Positions 36,753-46,694 of a stretch of 64,000 nucleotides of DNA are shown here, piece by piece. The stretch is from positions 83,680-147,679 of the IMG/VR virus record IMGVR_UViG_3300032272_000003; one strand, given 5' to 3'. The notes under the pieces are model-generated. The model was not told where the DNA came from, ran no database searches, and was given only the letters and a program-made list of their open reading frames with translations. Numbering within the stretch: the first letter of the stretch is position 1; each line of letters begins with the position of its first letter. Origin of the DNA: a virus. The position numbers were made by a program, and so were the translations under genes.

Positions 36753-37108
36753 ACTCTCACCGTTATTGATTTCAATATCTGCCTGATATGATGATACTTG
36801 ACAGATATGCCGCTTGTTACTGTATTTATACCCTTCGTAACTTTAATGATTAGGCGTCCAATCTTGTCCTTAGCATCGTAGCTTCTCTTCCAGGTTCTAC
36901 CCCTATAAGTGACGATGATGTCGAATGTCTTCTGATCCTTTGCAGGGGCAGGACCAGCACCACCACCGGTACCAAATGATATCTTGATTGGGCCTAGAGA
37001 GAAGTAACCAATAATCATACCAGAACTAACAAACGAGTTGGCGTATCCCTTACCTATTACTCTACCTCGGGTGACTATACCCTTTGCTATTCGTGGTAGT
37101 GCAGCCAT
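36734..37108 (-). CDS. Hypothetical basic late protein
   Basis: Coupled ORF. Confidence 0.7.
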   Translation of the reverse strand: MAALPRIAKGIVTRGRVIGKGYANSFVSSGMIIGYFSLGPIKISFGTGGGAGPAPAKDQKTFDIIVTYRGRTWKRSYDAKDKIGRLIIKVTKGINTVTSGISVKYHHIRQILKSITVRVWQRKD

Positions 37109-37638
37109 TACTGAGGCACACGCTCGAAGATGTCAATGATTGACCTAACACCAGAATCATCATATAGATCGAATATCTTGAATGGAGTGGTACCATCATC
37201 TTCATATATGGTCAGGGTCTTATTAATGGGGTTGACAAAGGTACGGTTACGGTCGTACTTTAGAATCTCGGTAACGATAGCCAGGGTTTCGCTGTTTAAT
37301 GCCTGTTCAAACCCAGTGGTACCGGCAGTCAAATGGTCCAGTTGATCTTCTTCCCACGTCTCAAAGGCAATATCCTCGACATACGATTCATTGAAGGCAA
37401 CATGGTATTGTTGGTTCTGTGGAATACCGGCTCCAGCAGTAACAATGAACCCATAGTTAGTTCTGTTGTCATAAGTAGTGAATATATACTTGTAAATACC
37501 ATCACCAACCTCTATCATATCATCAGTGACAATGACGGAATCTGTGGTGGCACTGATTTCCCAAATCTTGATGGTAGGGGATAATCCGGGTGTGGGTACT
37601 CCTGTCCTCGTTATATATGCTGTTATGATTTTGGGCAT
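37108..37638 (-). CDS. Putative virion structural protein
   Basis: GLSPTI...M.EVG.G.YKY.F, LTIY.DDG.TP...F.L.D; AAGGAG SD and late promoter. Confidence 0.7.
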   Translation of the reverse strand: MPKIITAYITRTGVPTPGLSPTIKIWEISATTDSVIVTDDMIEVGDGIYKYIFTTYDNRTNYGFIVTAGAGIPQNQQYHVAFNESYVEDIAFETWEEDQLDHLTAGTTGFEQALNSETLAIVTEILKYDRNRTFVNPINKTLTIYEDDGTTPFKIFDLYDDSGVRSIIDIFERVPQ

Positions 37639-37659
37639 GGGTGGTTCTCCTTGTGATAG

Positions 37660-37678
37660 TATTTATGAGTGATAAATA
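37660..37678. promoter_or_regulatory. Back-to-back late promoters (CATAAATA on -, GATAAATA on +)
   Basis: tatttatg at 37660-37667 and gataaata at 37671-37678 between divergent genes. Confidence 0.7.
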
Positions 37679-37716
37679 TACAGACAAAGTTCAATTAAAA
37701 AGGTAAACGTTATAAT

Positions 37717-40257
37717 ATGTCAATTGTAAATACGAAGAAGTCCTATGATGGTGACATGTCGGACGTAACTAAGGAACCAACCGGGTTCCCAAATCGCACG
37801 GATTCAGTAATATCATTCGATGAACTAACAAGAATTTTTACAATTGAACCTGTTGATGTATCATTCGACATATACACGAAGGGTAATCAATATACCATAA
37901 CAGGTACTTCCCAAGTCACTATCGATGATATAGAAGGTGATTATTTTATATATTTTGATGAGTTAGGAGAATTACAATTTGTAGCTGGATTTGATCCAAG
38001 AGTAATATCAGATTGGGTTTATACATCAGTTATACACTGGGATGCAACCAATAAAAAAGCTATAATATTTGGAGAAGAGCGCCATGGTTTGACTATGGAT
38101 GGAGCAACCCATAGCTATCTACACACCGTTAAAGGATCACAATATATTTCCGGGTTTGCACTCGATAATATTCTACCAGGCGAAGCCGGGGATTTAGATA
38201 TTCATGCCCAAATTAGTGTCAATAACGGGCAGTTTAGGGATGAAGATATCCTCCATAATATCATCGATGATGCTCCCCAAAATTTGAGCCTACCAGCAAC
38301 TATTCCAGTTATTTACCGAGACGGCGTTGATGGATATTGGAGAATGAAAACTGCTGATTCATTCCCCATGATTTATTCAGGAACTGCTGGATATGTTGGT
38401 GCCAGTGGGAGATTACCATTCAATGAATTTACCGGCACCACATGGCAATTGACCGAAATTGGTAATGGGAAATTTGTTGTAATGCATATTTTAGCAACCA
38501 ATGATACCAGATGGCCAATAATGGCTATACAGGGGCAAAGTGAATATATAACATCATCTGAGGCTAAGGATGGAGTTGCTTCCGAATTACTAAATTTAGC
38601 CGGACTACCATTTCAAGAATTTGTTGCCCTTGGTTCTATTATTTTTACGTCCTCAAACAACATGACAAATACACCACAAGCCGCAGTCATTGCTACAGAT
38701 GACGGTCAGCCATATTTCGACTGGAGAGAAATTACTTCGTTCGCTGGTGGAGGTGTTGTACAGGATCATGGTTCTTTATCTGGTTTATTAGACGATGATC
38801 ATCCACATTACCACACTGATGCTAGAGGTGATGCCAAGTATTCACAATTAGGTCACAATCATGTTGTCTCAGAAGTGTTGATAGGGGATTACGTTGGTGG
38901 TGGTACTCCATCTATCGATGTTGGCACATTAGGGAACGGTTATATAGATTCTGTTGGACTTATTGGTAATAATGGTTTTGGATTGGTAACACAGAATGGC
39001 GCGTTAACTATTGATATAGCCGCAGGTGCAATCAATATTAGAGCCACCGATGATGTCACATTACCGTTAGAGTATCTTGGATTTGCCGCAGTCACGAATT
39101 TGGACGTGTCTGTCTTTATCAATGGGCCAGCTTTAGTATATCTTGACTACACCAATGGTGCATCTATTCAAGTATCAGCTACCCATCCAGACCCATCCGA
39201 AGTGAGACAAGATATCATTTTGTTGGCTGAAGTTCATTTGGGTGCCACTTCCATCAATGACATACATGACATAAGACAATTTGTAGGCAATCATGTGCAA
39301 GAGAATACCATATTACATAAGAACATTTTTGGCACATTAGTTGATGGACAGATCAGCAGTGAAACTGGTGTTAGAAATTTGGTAGTGGAATTTGGAGGAT
39401 TCTATCGTTGGGGCAATAATATTCAACAACAACAAACATTCGATTCATCGGGTACTGATACTTTCGTATATTGGTATAGAGATGGAGTGGGTGGGTGGAC
39501 TACTCTCACTTCTGAAACACAGCTCAACAATACCCAATATGATGATGGTACTGGAACATTAAGCAATTTGAATAATAACAGATATAGGAAGGACTGGATT
39601 TTTAGGAGTCTGTCTGGACAGGTTAATGTGTTACTGGGACAAGTCCAGCATACATTATTATCTTCGGCAATCGATGAGCCAGTCCCAACATTACCAGATG
39701 GGTTAGGTGAGTCTGTACATATATACCTACTATCCACTTATATTATTCAAGAAGGGACAAGTATAGGAATATTCACTGATCTTGCGAATAGGTTCAAAGG
39801 GGGTGGTGCTGGGTCAACAACAGATCATGGAACCTTATCTGGATTGTCTGATGATGACCACCTACAATATCACGACGATACGAGAGGGGATGCAAGGTAT
39901 TTCACCAAAGCAACCTATCAACACGCAGCGTCAGAAGGACAATCATCAACAACAAATACAGTATTCCAACAAAAACTAAGAATGACTACTGGTACATTAC
40001 CTTCGGGTGATTATAAGATAAGTTGGAATACAGTTGTAACTAGTACGGTTGGGGATACCGCAGAAATGCAAGTCCAAATAGATGATACTATTACAATAAA
40101 CTTAAGTTCTACATCTGAGACCGATGCTTCATCGATGTCTGGTTTTTATATTGCTACTGGGGTATCAGGTGTTCTCGATATCGACATAGATTACAGGGCA
40201 GTATCCGGCACAGCATACATAGAATATGCGAGATTGGAAATTACACGGGTGAACTGA
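37717..40257 (+). CDS. Large virion fibre-like protein with two DHG.LSGL.DDDH repeats
   Basis: 846 aa; His/Asp repeats typical of phage fibres; late promoter. Confidence 0.7.
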   Translation: MSIVNTKKSYDGDMSDVTKEPTGFPNRTDSVISFDELTRIFTIEPVDVSFDIYTKGNQYTITGTSQVTIDDIEGDYFIYFDELGELQFVAGFDPRVISDWVYTSVIHWDATNKKAIIFGEERHGLTMDGATHSYLHTVKGSQYISGFALDNILPGEAGDLDIHAQISVNNGQFRDEDILHNIIDDAPQNLSLPATIPVIYRDGVDGYWRMKTADSFPMIYSGTAGYVGASGRLPFNEFTGTTWQLTEIGNGKFVVMHILATNDTRWPIMAIQGQSEYITSSEAKDGVASELLNLAGLPFQEFVALGSIIFTSSNNMTNTPQAAVIATDDGQPYFDWREITSFAGGGVVQDHGSLSGLLDDDHPHYHTDARGDAKYSQLGHNHVVSEVLIGDYVGGGTPSIDVGTLGNGYIDSVGLIGNNGFGLVTQNGALTIDIAAGAINIRATDDVTLPLEYLGFAAVTNLDVSVFINGPALVYLDYTNGASIQVSATHPDPSEVRQDIILLAEVHLGATSINDIHDIRQFVGNHVQENTILHKNIFGTLVDGQISSETGVRNLVVEFGGFYRWGNNIQQQQTFDSSGTDTFVYWYRDGVGGWTTLTSETQLNNTQYDDGTGTLSNLNNNRYRKDWIFRSLSGQVNVLLGQVQHTLLSSAIDEPVPTLPDGLGESVHIYLLSTYIIQEGTSIGIFTDLANRFKGGGAGSTTDHGTLSGLSDDDHLQYHDDTRGDARYFTKATYQHAASEGQSSTTNTVFQQKLRMTTGTLPSGDYKISWNTVVTSTVGDTAEMQVQIDDTITINLSSTSETDASSMSGFYIATGVSGVLDIDIDYRAVSGTAYIEYARLEITRVN

Positions 40258-40329
40258 TAAGTTATCAGTATGGATACCAGAATTCATCTTTATGTGGTTG
40301 TTCGGGACTTCGACTGTCTAATAAATATT

Positions 40330-40701
40330 TTATAACATAATATCAATTAGTATGGTTTCTAAATCGAAGTCTTCATCACCGATCTCCCACTTATATAATA
40401 CAGATTCTCCTTTAAAATTACCACGACTGATGAAAAAGTCAGTACAGTGTATAGTGAAGATAATACCATCATGATCAACAATCACCCATTCGAATTCATC
40501 ATACTCACCCTCAATGTTCATATCAGTCTCTTTGATCATATTCCACAGTACAACACGACGTAGGACTCTTAAGTATTTAAGCTCAACAGGTACCATTGGT
40601 GATGATGACACGTATTGCCCCGGTACACATCTCCATTTGGTCTTAATGAGGTTATCATACCGTGCAGGTAAGTCTTTTAGATTGTATTTTTGATATCTCA
40701 T
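40330..40701 (-). CDS. Family E paralog (EGEY)
   Basis: Shares EGEY...F.I and D.E..L...L end with neighbour. Confidence 0.75.
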   Translation of the reverse strand: MRYQKYNLKDLPARYDNLIKTKWRCVPGQYVSSSPMVPVELKYLRVLRRVVLWNMIKETDMNIEGEYDEFEWVIVDHDGIIFTIHCTDFFISRGNFKGESVLYKWEIGDEDFDLETILIDIML

Positions 40702-41042
40702 AGGCTGACACTCATCAGGAAGGCTTCAATATCTACATTATTAGGTATTCCAGCCCGATCATGCTTATCATACCATCGCCATAGGTATTCTTTATCATTA
40801 TAATGGAGTGCCAGGGCTGGTATTGAAAAACACATATCACCCTGCTTGATTAAAATATATGTCTCATCGTGGTATTCACCCTCAACCATATGATATGCTA
40901 CCACATTATGACGATTCATCGGGAATGATTTTATAGATTTGAAACGACCATAGTGGTGTAATCCAAAGAAGCCATAACCAGCCATTTTGAATTCTTGAAC
41001 ATGAAATAACAGCTCAGATGCTGGGAATTTGAGAAACTTCAT
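40698..41042 (-). CDS. Family E paralog (EGEY)
   Basis: As above; probable start MKFLKF. Confidence 0.75.
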   Translation of the reverse strand: MKFLKFPASELLFHVQEFKMAGYGFFGLHHYGRFKSIKSFPMNRHNVVAYHMVEGEYHDETYILIKQGDMCFSIPALALHYNDKEYLWRWYDKHDRAGIPNNVDIEAFLMSVSL

Positions 41043-41169
41043 CCAGCGACACCAAGAAACAGGGCTATCACGAACCATCCCTTTACCAACCCCACAACAC
41101 ATATGGCTAATGTGGCTACAAGTGCCACGATAAAAGGGCGTCCACTTTAATCTTCAAGACCTTCTTCAT
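41039..41169 (-). pseudogene. Small membrane-protein gene broken by a 1-nt frameshift
   Basis: SD AGGAG plus MKKVLKIKVDAL; -1 frame FIVALVATLAICVVGLVKGWFVIALFLGVAG ends in ATGA overlap. Confidence 0.45.
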
Positions 41170-41182
41170 GATATCACTCCTG

Positions 41183-41190
41183 TATAAATA
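41183..41190 (+). promoter_or_regulatory. Late promoter TATAAATA
   Basis: Perfect consensus 5 nt before ATG 41196. Confidence 0.8.
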
Positions 41191-41195
41191 GATGT

Positions 41196-41224
41196 ATGGT
41201 ACACTACTATAATGCTCAAGTCAA
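41196..41224 (-). promoter_or_regulatory. Candidate sigma70 promoter TTGACT-17-TACCAT
   Basis: The -10 overlaps the gp15 start codon. Confidence 0.5.
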
Positions 41225-41951
41225 ACGGTACATCTCTCAGTTCCTTAGAATCTTCTCAGGTCTACAAGTTCAAACGGGTGTAGATAGAGATTCATCAGGT
41301 GACAACGACTATATCGATGTCCCGGTACATTATGGCTCAATGGACAGGGTGATTGCCAACGTGCTTCATAAGGAGGGTACCTTCGTACCTAATAAAGTCC
41401 CTGTCATCTCTGGGTATCTAACAAGCATTGAACTGAACCCAGAGGCAAAGAAGGCAAAAACACACCAAGAACACATCGCCAGGCTGGAGACCGGTAATAC
41501 CAAGCCATCAATCACTACTAGATTGATGGGTGTGCCATATAAAGCACAGATACAACTCAGTATCTTTGCATCGAACACTGATCAGATGCTTCAGATGCTC
41601 GAACAGATTTTACTGATGTTCAATCCTTATCTGAACATTCAGAAGTCAGACAATATCGATGACTGGTCATACCTAACATCTGTCGAACTGATTTCAATGA
41701 ACAATGAAGAGAACTACCCTGCCGATGTGAACGAACGTTTGCTCGTATGGTCGTTGGACTTCACATTTGACTGCTGGCTCAACTTCCCAGCCAAAGAACA
41801 AGAATCTATCATCGAGAATGTGTCGCTTCGAGTGCATGACGATACAATCCAAATCATTGGACTCGAAACTGCTGAAATCTCATCGCTGCCTAGCATGGCG
41901 AGTGGTGTGGCAATCAGTACAAGCGGCAGTGCCGATATGGATGTGACATAA
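41196..41951 (+). CDS. Tail sheath stabiliser / tail terminator, T4 gp15-like
   Basis: YY..Q..RYI.QF..IFS...VPV.YG, P.I, VPY....QL.I.....DQ..Q..EQIL..FNP. Confidence 0.9.
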   Translation: MVHYYNAQVKRYISQFLRIFSGLQVQTGVDRDSSGDNDYIDVPVHYGSMDRVIANVLHKEGTFVPNKVPVISGYLTSIELNPEAKKAKTHQEHIARLETGNTKPSITTRLMGVPYKAQIQLSIFASNTDQMLQMLEQILLMFNPYLNIQKSDNIDDWSYLTSVELISMNNEENYPADVNERLLVWSLDFTFDCWLNFPAKEQESIIENVSLRVHDDTIQIIGLETAEISSLPSMASGVAISTSGSADMDVT

Positions 41952-41952
41952 C

Positions 41953-42465
41953 ATGCCCCAAGTATCAGATATCAATAGAGCGTTATTACCCAAGAAGGTT
42001 GACTCCTTCTATGTGTCATTCTTTGGCTTACCAGAGAACACCGCCAACATCCTGGGCAGACAGGTCAAATCACTTGAGCGTCCTACCCTGACGTTCCCAC
42101 CTGCTGCGATGTACAACAAGGGTAAGAGACAACAAGTAGTCGGTAACCTTGAGTTCGCCGACTTATCAATCGTCTTTGAAGACGATAACAATTCTTTAGT
42201 GATACAAGCACTATATTATCAACTGTATCGTCAAGCGGGTCGTTTGCCAGGCCAACCAACCGGCAACGATGCCAAGTTTGAGATCGGATTGAAAGCCTAC
42301 GGTGCCGGTGACAATGCAATCATAGAAGAGTTCACCATGAAAGCGTGTTGGATCGCCAATATCACACACTCAGAGAACATCTATGCAGACAGCACAGCAA
42401 ACCTTATCACTGTCACCATAGCATTCGATGATGTTGAGTACAAATTTATAGAGGAATGTCCGTGA
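41953..42465 (+). CDS. Tail tube gp19-like protein (tube or tube-related paralog)
   Basis: F.V.F...QVKS..RP.LTF...G..EF..L.I.F.DD...EEF.M..CWI....S.......I.VTI.FD. Confidence 0.75.
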   Translation: MPQVSDINRALLPKKVDSFYVSFFGLPENTANILGRQVKSLERPTLTFPPAAMYNKGKRQQVVGNLEFADLSIVFEDDNNSLVIQALYYQLYRQAGRLPGQPTGNDAKFEIGLKAYGAGDNAIIEEFTMKACWIANITHSENIYADSTANLITVTIAFDDVEYKFIEECP

Positions 42466-42929
42466 GAATAGATGAGTTATTTTTGGTTGAAGCATCAATC
42501 GGTCGAGTGATGAAGCATGTACAGGATTCAGAATCCTTTGCTATCATGACATCGTGGAGAGTTGAGAACGACATACAAAAGAACATCTCGGATTTCAAAC
42601 GTCTTCAGTCAATGATTCGTGCCGAAGGGTTGGGATACATTCACTTGGATGGCCATGGCCAGGAAGAAGATGAGACCGGTCGTGTGGTTGATGTGAAGGA
42701 ACCATCACTACTGATACCTAACATCTCATTGGCATCTGCGGAACGTCTCATGAAGACATTCAACCAGTTTGGTATCGTATATCGTGGTTCAGAGACTAAT
42801 GAAAAGGTTAGCCTGATTGAACAGGGCGGCAAGCAAACCAAGCTCGGTAGCTTCCATCCTAATAAGGTTGCTCAATTCTTCAGTAAGATCAAAGGCCGTC
42901 CGTTCGTATTCGAATCTCAGGACTGGTAA
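42456..42929 (+). CDS. Hypothetical late protein with N-terminal RIDELFLVEA motif
   Basis: FAIMTSWR...GLGYI.L.G...E.SLLIP. Confidence 0.75.
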   Translation: MSVRIDELFLVEASIGRVMKHVQDSESFAIMTSWRVENDIQKNISDFKRLQSMIRAEGLGYIHLDGHGQEEDETGRVVDVKEPSLLIPNISLASAERLMKTFNQFGIVYRGSETNEKVSLIEQGGKQTKLGSFHPNKVAQFFSKIKGRPFVFESQDW

Positions 42930-42930
42930 C

Positions 42931-43281
42931 CTAAATGTAGCCGGGAGTCTCATTAACAATAATAGCAGCTATCTTCTCATACTGTTCGAGCGTGATCTTC
43001 GCACTATTCACTCGAAGATCACGATCTATTCTTCCCTTTAGGTACTGACGCCTTATATGCTTTCTGGCGGCTTCTAAATCATCGGTATTACCAAGACGAA
43101 TCGTGTCAATATTCCAACTGCCCATACCTACACGATAGCCGTCCTTCTTTCTGAACTTCATCCCGGTATCAGTGATAACCTGGGTCTTTGTAACCCGTTC
43201 AACCTTTAGTATACGTACACCACCCCCATTGAACTCGAAAATAACCTCATCACCTACTTTAACACCAACCAAACTACTCAT
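42931..43281 (-). CDS. Hypothetical protein (small beta-barrel N-terminus)
   Basis: KVGDEV...KVERVTKTQV...KFR..DG. Confidence 0.75.
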   Translation of the reverse strand: MSSLVGVKVGDEVIFEFNGGGVRILKVERVTKTQVITDTGMKFRKKDGYRVGMGSWNIDTIRLGNTDDLEAARKHIRRQYLKGRIDRDLRVNSAKITLEQYEKIAAIIVNETPGYI

Positions 43282-43290
43282 ATCAATCTC

Positions 43291-43662
43291 CTACATCGTT
43301 ACCGCAAGGAATGCGGATTTCCAACTACCCAGCTCTTTGAATGACTTTAGTAGCTCTGACTGGAATGCTACGATGTCATCAGCCTCGGCACCATACTTGT
43401 CATTCTTGAATGAGATTGTGTAAAGTCCTGTGTTATCCTTGAAGAAGTAGTTCACGACGCTGAACTCAAACTCACTATACACGTCATTGTCTGATATCAG
43501 TATGTCGCCTGGCCGGAGTTCATCACAATAATGTACTTCAGGACTATTCATAATATCTAACACAATACTATTACCTACCATATTTCTTATGAGATATCCA
43601 TATATCGTTACCACTGATTCAGTATCAACACGATGGAGGTTGATGTCCTTAGTATCCATCAT
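43291..43662 (-). CDS. Hypothetical protein
   Basis: ORF in - strand run. Confidence 0.7.
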   Translation of the reverse strand: MMDTKDINLHRVDTESVVTIYGYLIRNMVGNSIVLDIMNSPEVHYCDELRPGDILISDNDVYSEFEFSVVNYFFKDNTGLYTISFKNDKYGAEADDIVAFQSELLKSFKELGSWKSAFLAVTM

Positions 43663-44104
43663 GTTCCCACTGTTTTGTAGTCATATACTTGTTTGCCTTT
43701 TGAATGAAGATGTAGATTTGATCTGATGTCTCTGGCTGGTCAATCAGTCGCTCAATATAGTCCCAGAGTGGTATATGATTCCAATTGGTCATGTAGTCTT
43801 CGAAGAACGTGTTTCGTTCATTATCATCCTTGAAAGTCATTTTGAATGCAGTCTTGCCCTTTTTGAAATAGAAGCTGTTACCAGCAGTATCAACAACACA
43901 TTCCATAGTAAAGAATAGCAATTTGTTTTCGGTTGGATCGAAGTCCTCCACCTTGTCATACTTACCATAGAAGTCTTTTAACTTCACCGGATCACCAGTC
44001 CACGTTTGCGGCTCACCATATTGATTCACATAGTGATACTCTGGGGCACTAATCTGCCATATCAAAGCATCCTTTTCAATTCTAGTTAGATTCCGTAAAT
44101 TCAT
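43649..44104 (-). CDS. Hypothetical protein
   Basis: AGGAG SD. Confidence 0.75.
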   Translation of the reverse strand: MNLRNLTRIEKDALIWQISAPEYHYVNQYGEPQTWTGDPVKLKDFYGKYDKVEDFDPTENKLLFFTMECVVDTAGNSFYFKKGKTAFKMTFKDDNERNTFFEDYMTNWNHIPLWDYIERLIDQPETSDQIYIFIQKANKYMTTKQWEHDGY

Positions 44105-44112
44105 AAATTCTC

Positions 44113-44505
44113 CTAAAGCATCATGGTTAATACAAATTCTTCAAAGGTAAGATCGATCTTACCACATTCCCAATCACGTAGTATTGCCATGCCATCATCA
44201 CCACATTGTGGTATTGTCAGACCAACATTATCACATTGTGGTATTGTCAGACCAACATTATCACATCTCTCAAATTCTATATAGAATAGTTGACCCACAT
44301 CATCAACAACAATACCTTTATTAAACAACAGTGATAGATATACTTTCCTTCTGGCTGCTCTCAGTTCCGTCAGAGTGACTAGTTCACCACCGAATATAAC
44401 AGAATACTCTCCTAAGCGTTGGTCTCCTAAGCATCGGTCATACCACAGAGTTTTTAAAACCTCCACCGGCAACTCATCATTTTTATTGATACGTCGGGAA
44501 ATCAT
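44113..44505 (-). CDS. Hypothetical protein with 30-bp tandem duplication
   Basis: ATGA overlap; CDNVGLTIPQ x2. Confidence 0.7.
   Translation of the reverse strand: MISRRINKNDELPVEVLKTLWYDRCLGDQRLGEYSVIFGGELVTLTELRAARRKVYLSLLFNKGIVVDDVGQLFYIEFERCDNVGLTIPQCDNVGLTIPQCGDDGMAILRDWECGKIDLTFEEFVLTMML
44202..44266. repeat. Perfect 30-bp tandem duplication
   Basis: cacattgtggtattgtcagaccaacattat twice. Confidence 0.95.
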
Positions 44506-44837
44506 AACTCTTTCGCTAGGTACCACGCCGCAAACGATATATCGTCATACATTTGCCACATGTAGATTTCTTCTTCATCAACACTAACCATCACCATTAC
44601 ATCGAGCACCACTATAGAGAGATCATCATCAACTACATACATTTCACTATAATCCATTGCGAAATACACTTCTCGTGCTTTACGATTCTTCATGGCCCGT
44701 ATGTCTACCGCATTTCCATCACTTTTATAATGTGGTGCAAGTGCAAGGTAGCTCTTACCTATAAGTAATGATTCACTCACTATCTTGAACCGTGGGTTCC
44801 TGATATAACCGGTATGGTATGAAAGCATTTTAATCAT
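44502..44837 (-). CDS. Hypothetical protein
   Basis: ATGA-coupled. Confidence 0.7.
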   Translation of the reverse strand: MIKMLSYHTGYIRNPRFKIVSESLLIGKSYLALAPHYKSDGNAVDIRAMKNRKAREVYFAMDYSEMYVVDDDLSIVVLDVMVMVSVDEEEIYMWQMYDDISFAAWYLAKEL

Positions 44838-45169
44838 ATGTTTAACGCCTTACTGATATCCTTTGGATTCATTTCACCCCAATCACCATCAAGCCAATCT
44901 CTGACCAACCGGTGAACCTGTTTATACTCTGGGTCTTTATAGTACATAACGAATAGAAACTCACCCTTCTCATCTAGTAGATAGAACTTCATCGACCCAT
45001 GGTAAACTCGTTTGATGTAACCCGTCATACAAAATCGTATGATCTCTCGCGTGAGTGGTACCTGGTGACTGAGGACAGGAAGCCATTCTTCCTCATCCCC
45101 GAGCCATATCACACGATACCCAGGAATAACACCTGTGAACTCATTTACTGGTAGAGCATCAACGTACAC
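44834..45169 (-). CDS. Hypothetical protein
   Basis: Coupled ORF. Confidence 0.7.
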   Translation of the reverse strand: MYVDALPVNEFTGVIPGYRVIWLGDEEEWLPVLSHQVPLTREIIRFCMTGYIKRVYHGSMKFYLLDEKGEFLFVMYYKDPEYKQVHRLVRDWLDGDWGEMNPKDISKALNI

Positions 45170-46083
45170 TACACACCAGCGAACATACGGATCAGGGTTG
45201 ACCGCATCAGGATAGGTTGATACCCAACCATAGGAGCATCCACTAAAGCATCCCTGATGGCGTCGTATGCAACGTCACGTATATCTCCGGGCAACTTACT
45301 CACGTTTTCATACGCGATAACGTACAGTTGCTCGTAATTGTCGGTGTCAACTAGATGCACAAGGGCTTCGAGAGCGGCACGATTAGGTTTGTTCTTCCAG
45401 ATAACGTTCCACTGCTCAGTAACCTCATCACTGGCTAGGTTGTCCATGACAGGTTTCAAGGCACCACTGCGAGATGCTTGGTCGATACTGTTAATGATCT
45501 TCCGCAAATCAGGATAGAAGGTTTCAACGTGGCCTTCAAGGATAGCCAGATCAGTGATCTCGATTTCCTCGGCTTCTATGATGGCAACTACCTTCTCGAA
45601 TACAGCATCCATGTCCAGGGCGTCGATCTTGGTATGTTGTAACCGGCTCTGGAGTGCTGGGATGATTTTGTGAGGGTGATTGGTGCTGAACATGAAGCGA
45701 CATGTGCTTGCTGTCTCTTCAATCAACGAGAGAAGGGCAGTTTGGGCATGTGAAGACAGTTTATCGGCTTCTTCGAACACAACCACACGCATATCACCGG
45801 ATGGATAGGTTCGAGCGAACATATCAATGACATCACGGATGAAGTCAACGTTGGTTTCTTTGCTGCTGGAACAGAACTTCACGTCGAACTTGTTCAACTT
45901 CAGTTCATGTATCAATACCTGGATGAGCGATGTCTTGCCGGTACCCTGGATACCTGATAATAAAAGGTTTGGTAGATTACCAGACGATACTATCTGTTCG
46001 ACGTACTCTCTGATATCGTTGTTTGGGAACACATACTGATCGACCGATATAGGCCGGTACTTCTCGACTAACAACTTATTCAT
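45169..46083 (-). CDS. Sliding clamp loader AAA+ subunit (T4 gp44 / RFC-small-like)
   Basis: EKYRP, LPNLLLSG..GTGKTS, EEAD, AQ.AL, I.ALQSR, DLRKIIN. Confidence 0.95.
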   Translation of the reverse strand: MNKLLVEKYRPISVDQYVFPNNDIREYVEQIVSSGNLPNLLLSGIQGTGKTSLIQVLIHELKLNKFDVKFCSSSKETNVDFIRDVIDMFARTYPSGDMRVVVFEEADKLSSHAQTALLSLIEETASTCRFMFSTNHPHKIIPALQSRLQHTKIDALDMDAVFEKVVAIIEAEEIEITDLAILEGHVETFYPDLRKIINSIDQASRSGALKPVMDNLASDEVTEQWNVIWKNKPNRAALEALVHLVDTDNYEQLYVIAYENVSKLPGDIRDVAYDAIRDALVDAPMVGYQPILMRSTLIRMFAGV

Positions 46084-46372
46084 TGTTCTCTCCTTCAATT
46101 CCTAGTGCCTTTCTGGCAGTTGCACCATTCATGGCGAGTTGACAATCATCCTTAATAATACACAACCGCATAAGGGGAGGCATATCAATGTCCTTGATGC
46201 TCTCAGCGATGCTGGTTTTGGCTTCGAACTCAGCAATGTCAACTAGATCACCATTCTTGTCCATCTGATATACAGTGAGACAAATCATTAATAGTGCTAT
46301 CACTCCAGTCGCCAAAATCTGCCACAAGGCAACACCACTATCTTTACCAATTATGTCGCTTATTATGCTCAT
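46076..46372 (-). CDS. Membrane-anchored hypothetical protein
   Basis: One TM segment; SD. Confidence 0.7.
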   Translation of the reverse strand: MSIISDIIGKDSGVALWQILATGVIALLMICLTVYQMDKNGDLVDIAEFEAKTSIAESIKDIDMPPLMRLCIIKDDCQLAMNGATARKALGIEGENNE

Positions 46373-46373
46373 A

Positions 46374-46694
46374 TCATTCTCCTGTTGTTTGTAACCACTT
46401 TTTACCTTTATCGGTAAGAGTTACCATGACGGTTACCATAGTAGCTCCCTCATACTTTTCAAATATAGGTGCGAAGACCCCTGGTCGGCAATCATAGGGG
46501 GATTCTGATGTGAAATTTATTTCAGTGAATGTCAGATGACCATCTTGCTCTGCAAAATGTAAATAATTCAGATAACATTCTGGTAGGTATGGAACTTGTA
46601 CTTCTTCTATTTCAACGATGAACATCACGATGGTTGTGCTCTCTTGAAGCAACACCATCTCCTGTAATACATCTTTTAAAGTCATGTTCATCAC
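46374..46694 (-). CDS. Hypothetical protein (winged-helix-like LTDKGK..L end)
   Basis: ORF. Confidence 0.65.
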   Translation of the reverse strand: MMNMTLKDVLQEMVLLQESTTIVMFIVEIEEVQVPYLPECYLNYLHFAEQDGHLTFTEINFTSESPYDCRPGVFAPIFEKYEGATMVTVMVTLTDKGKKWLQTTGE

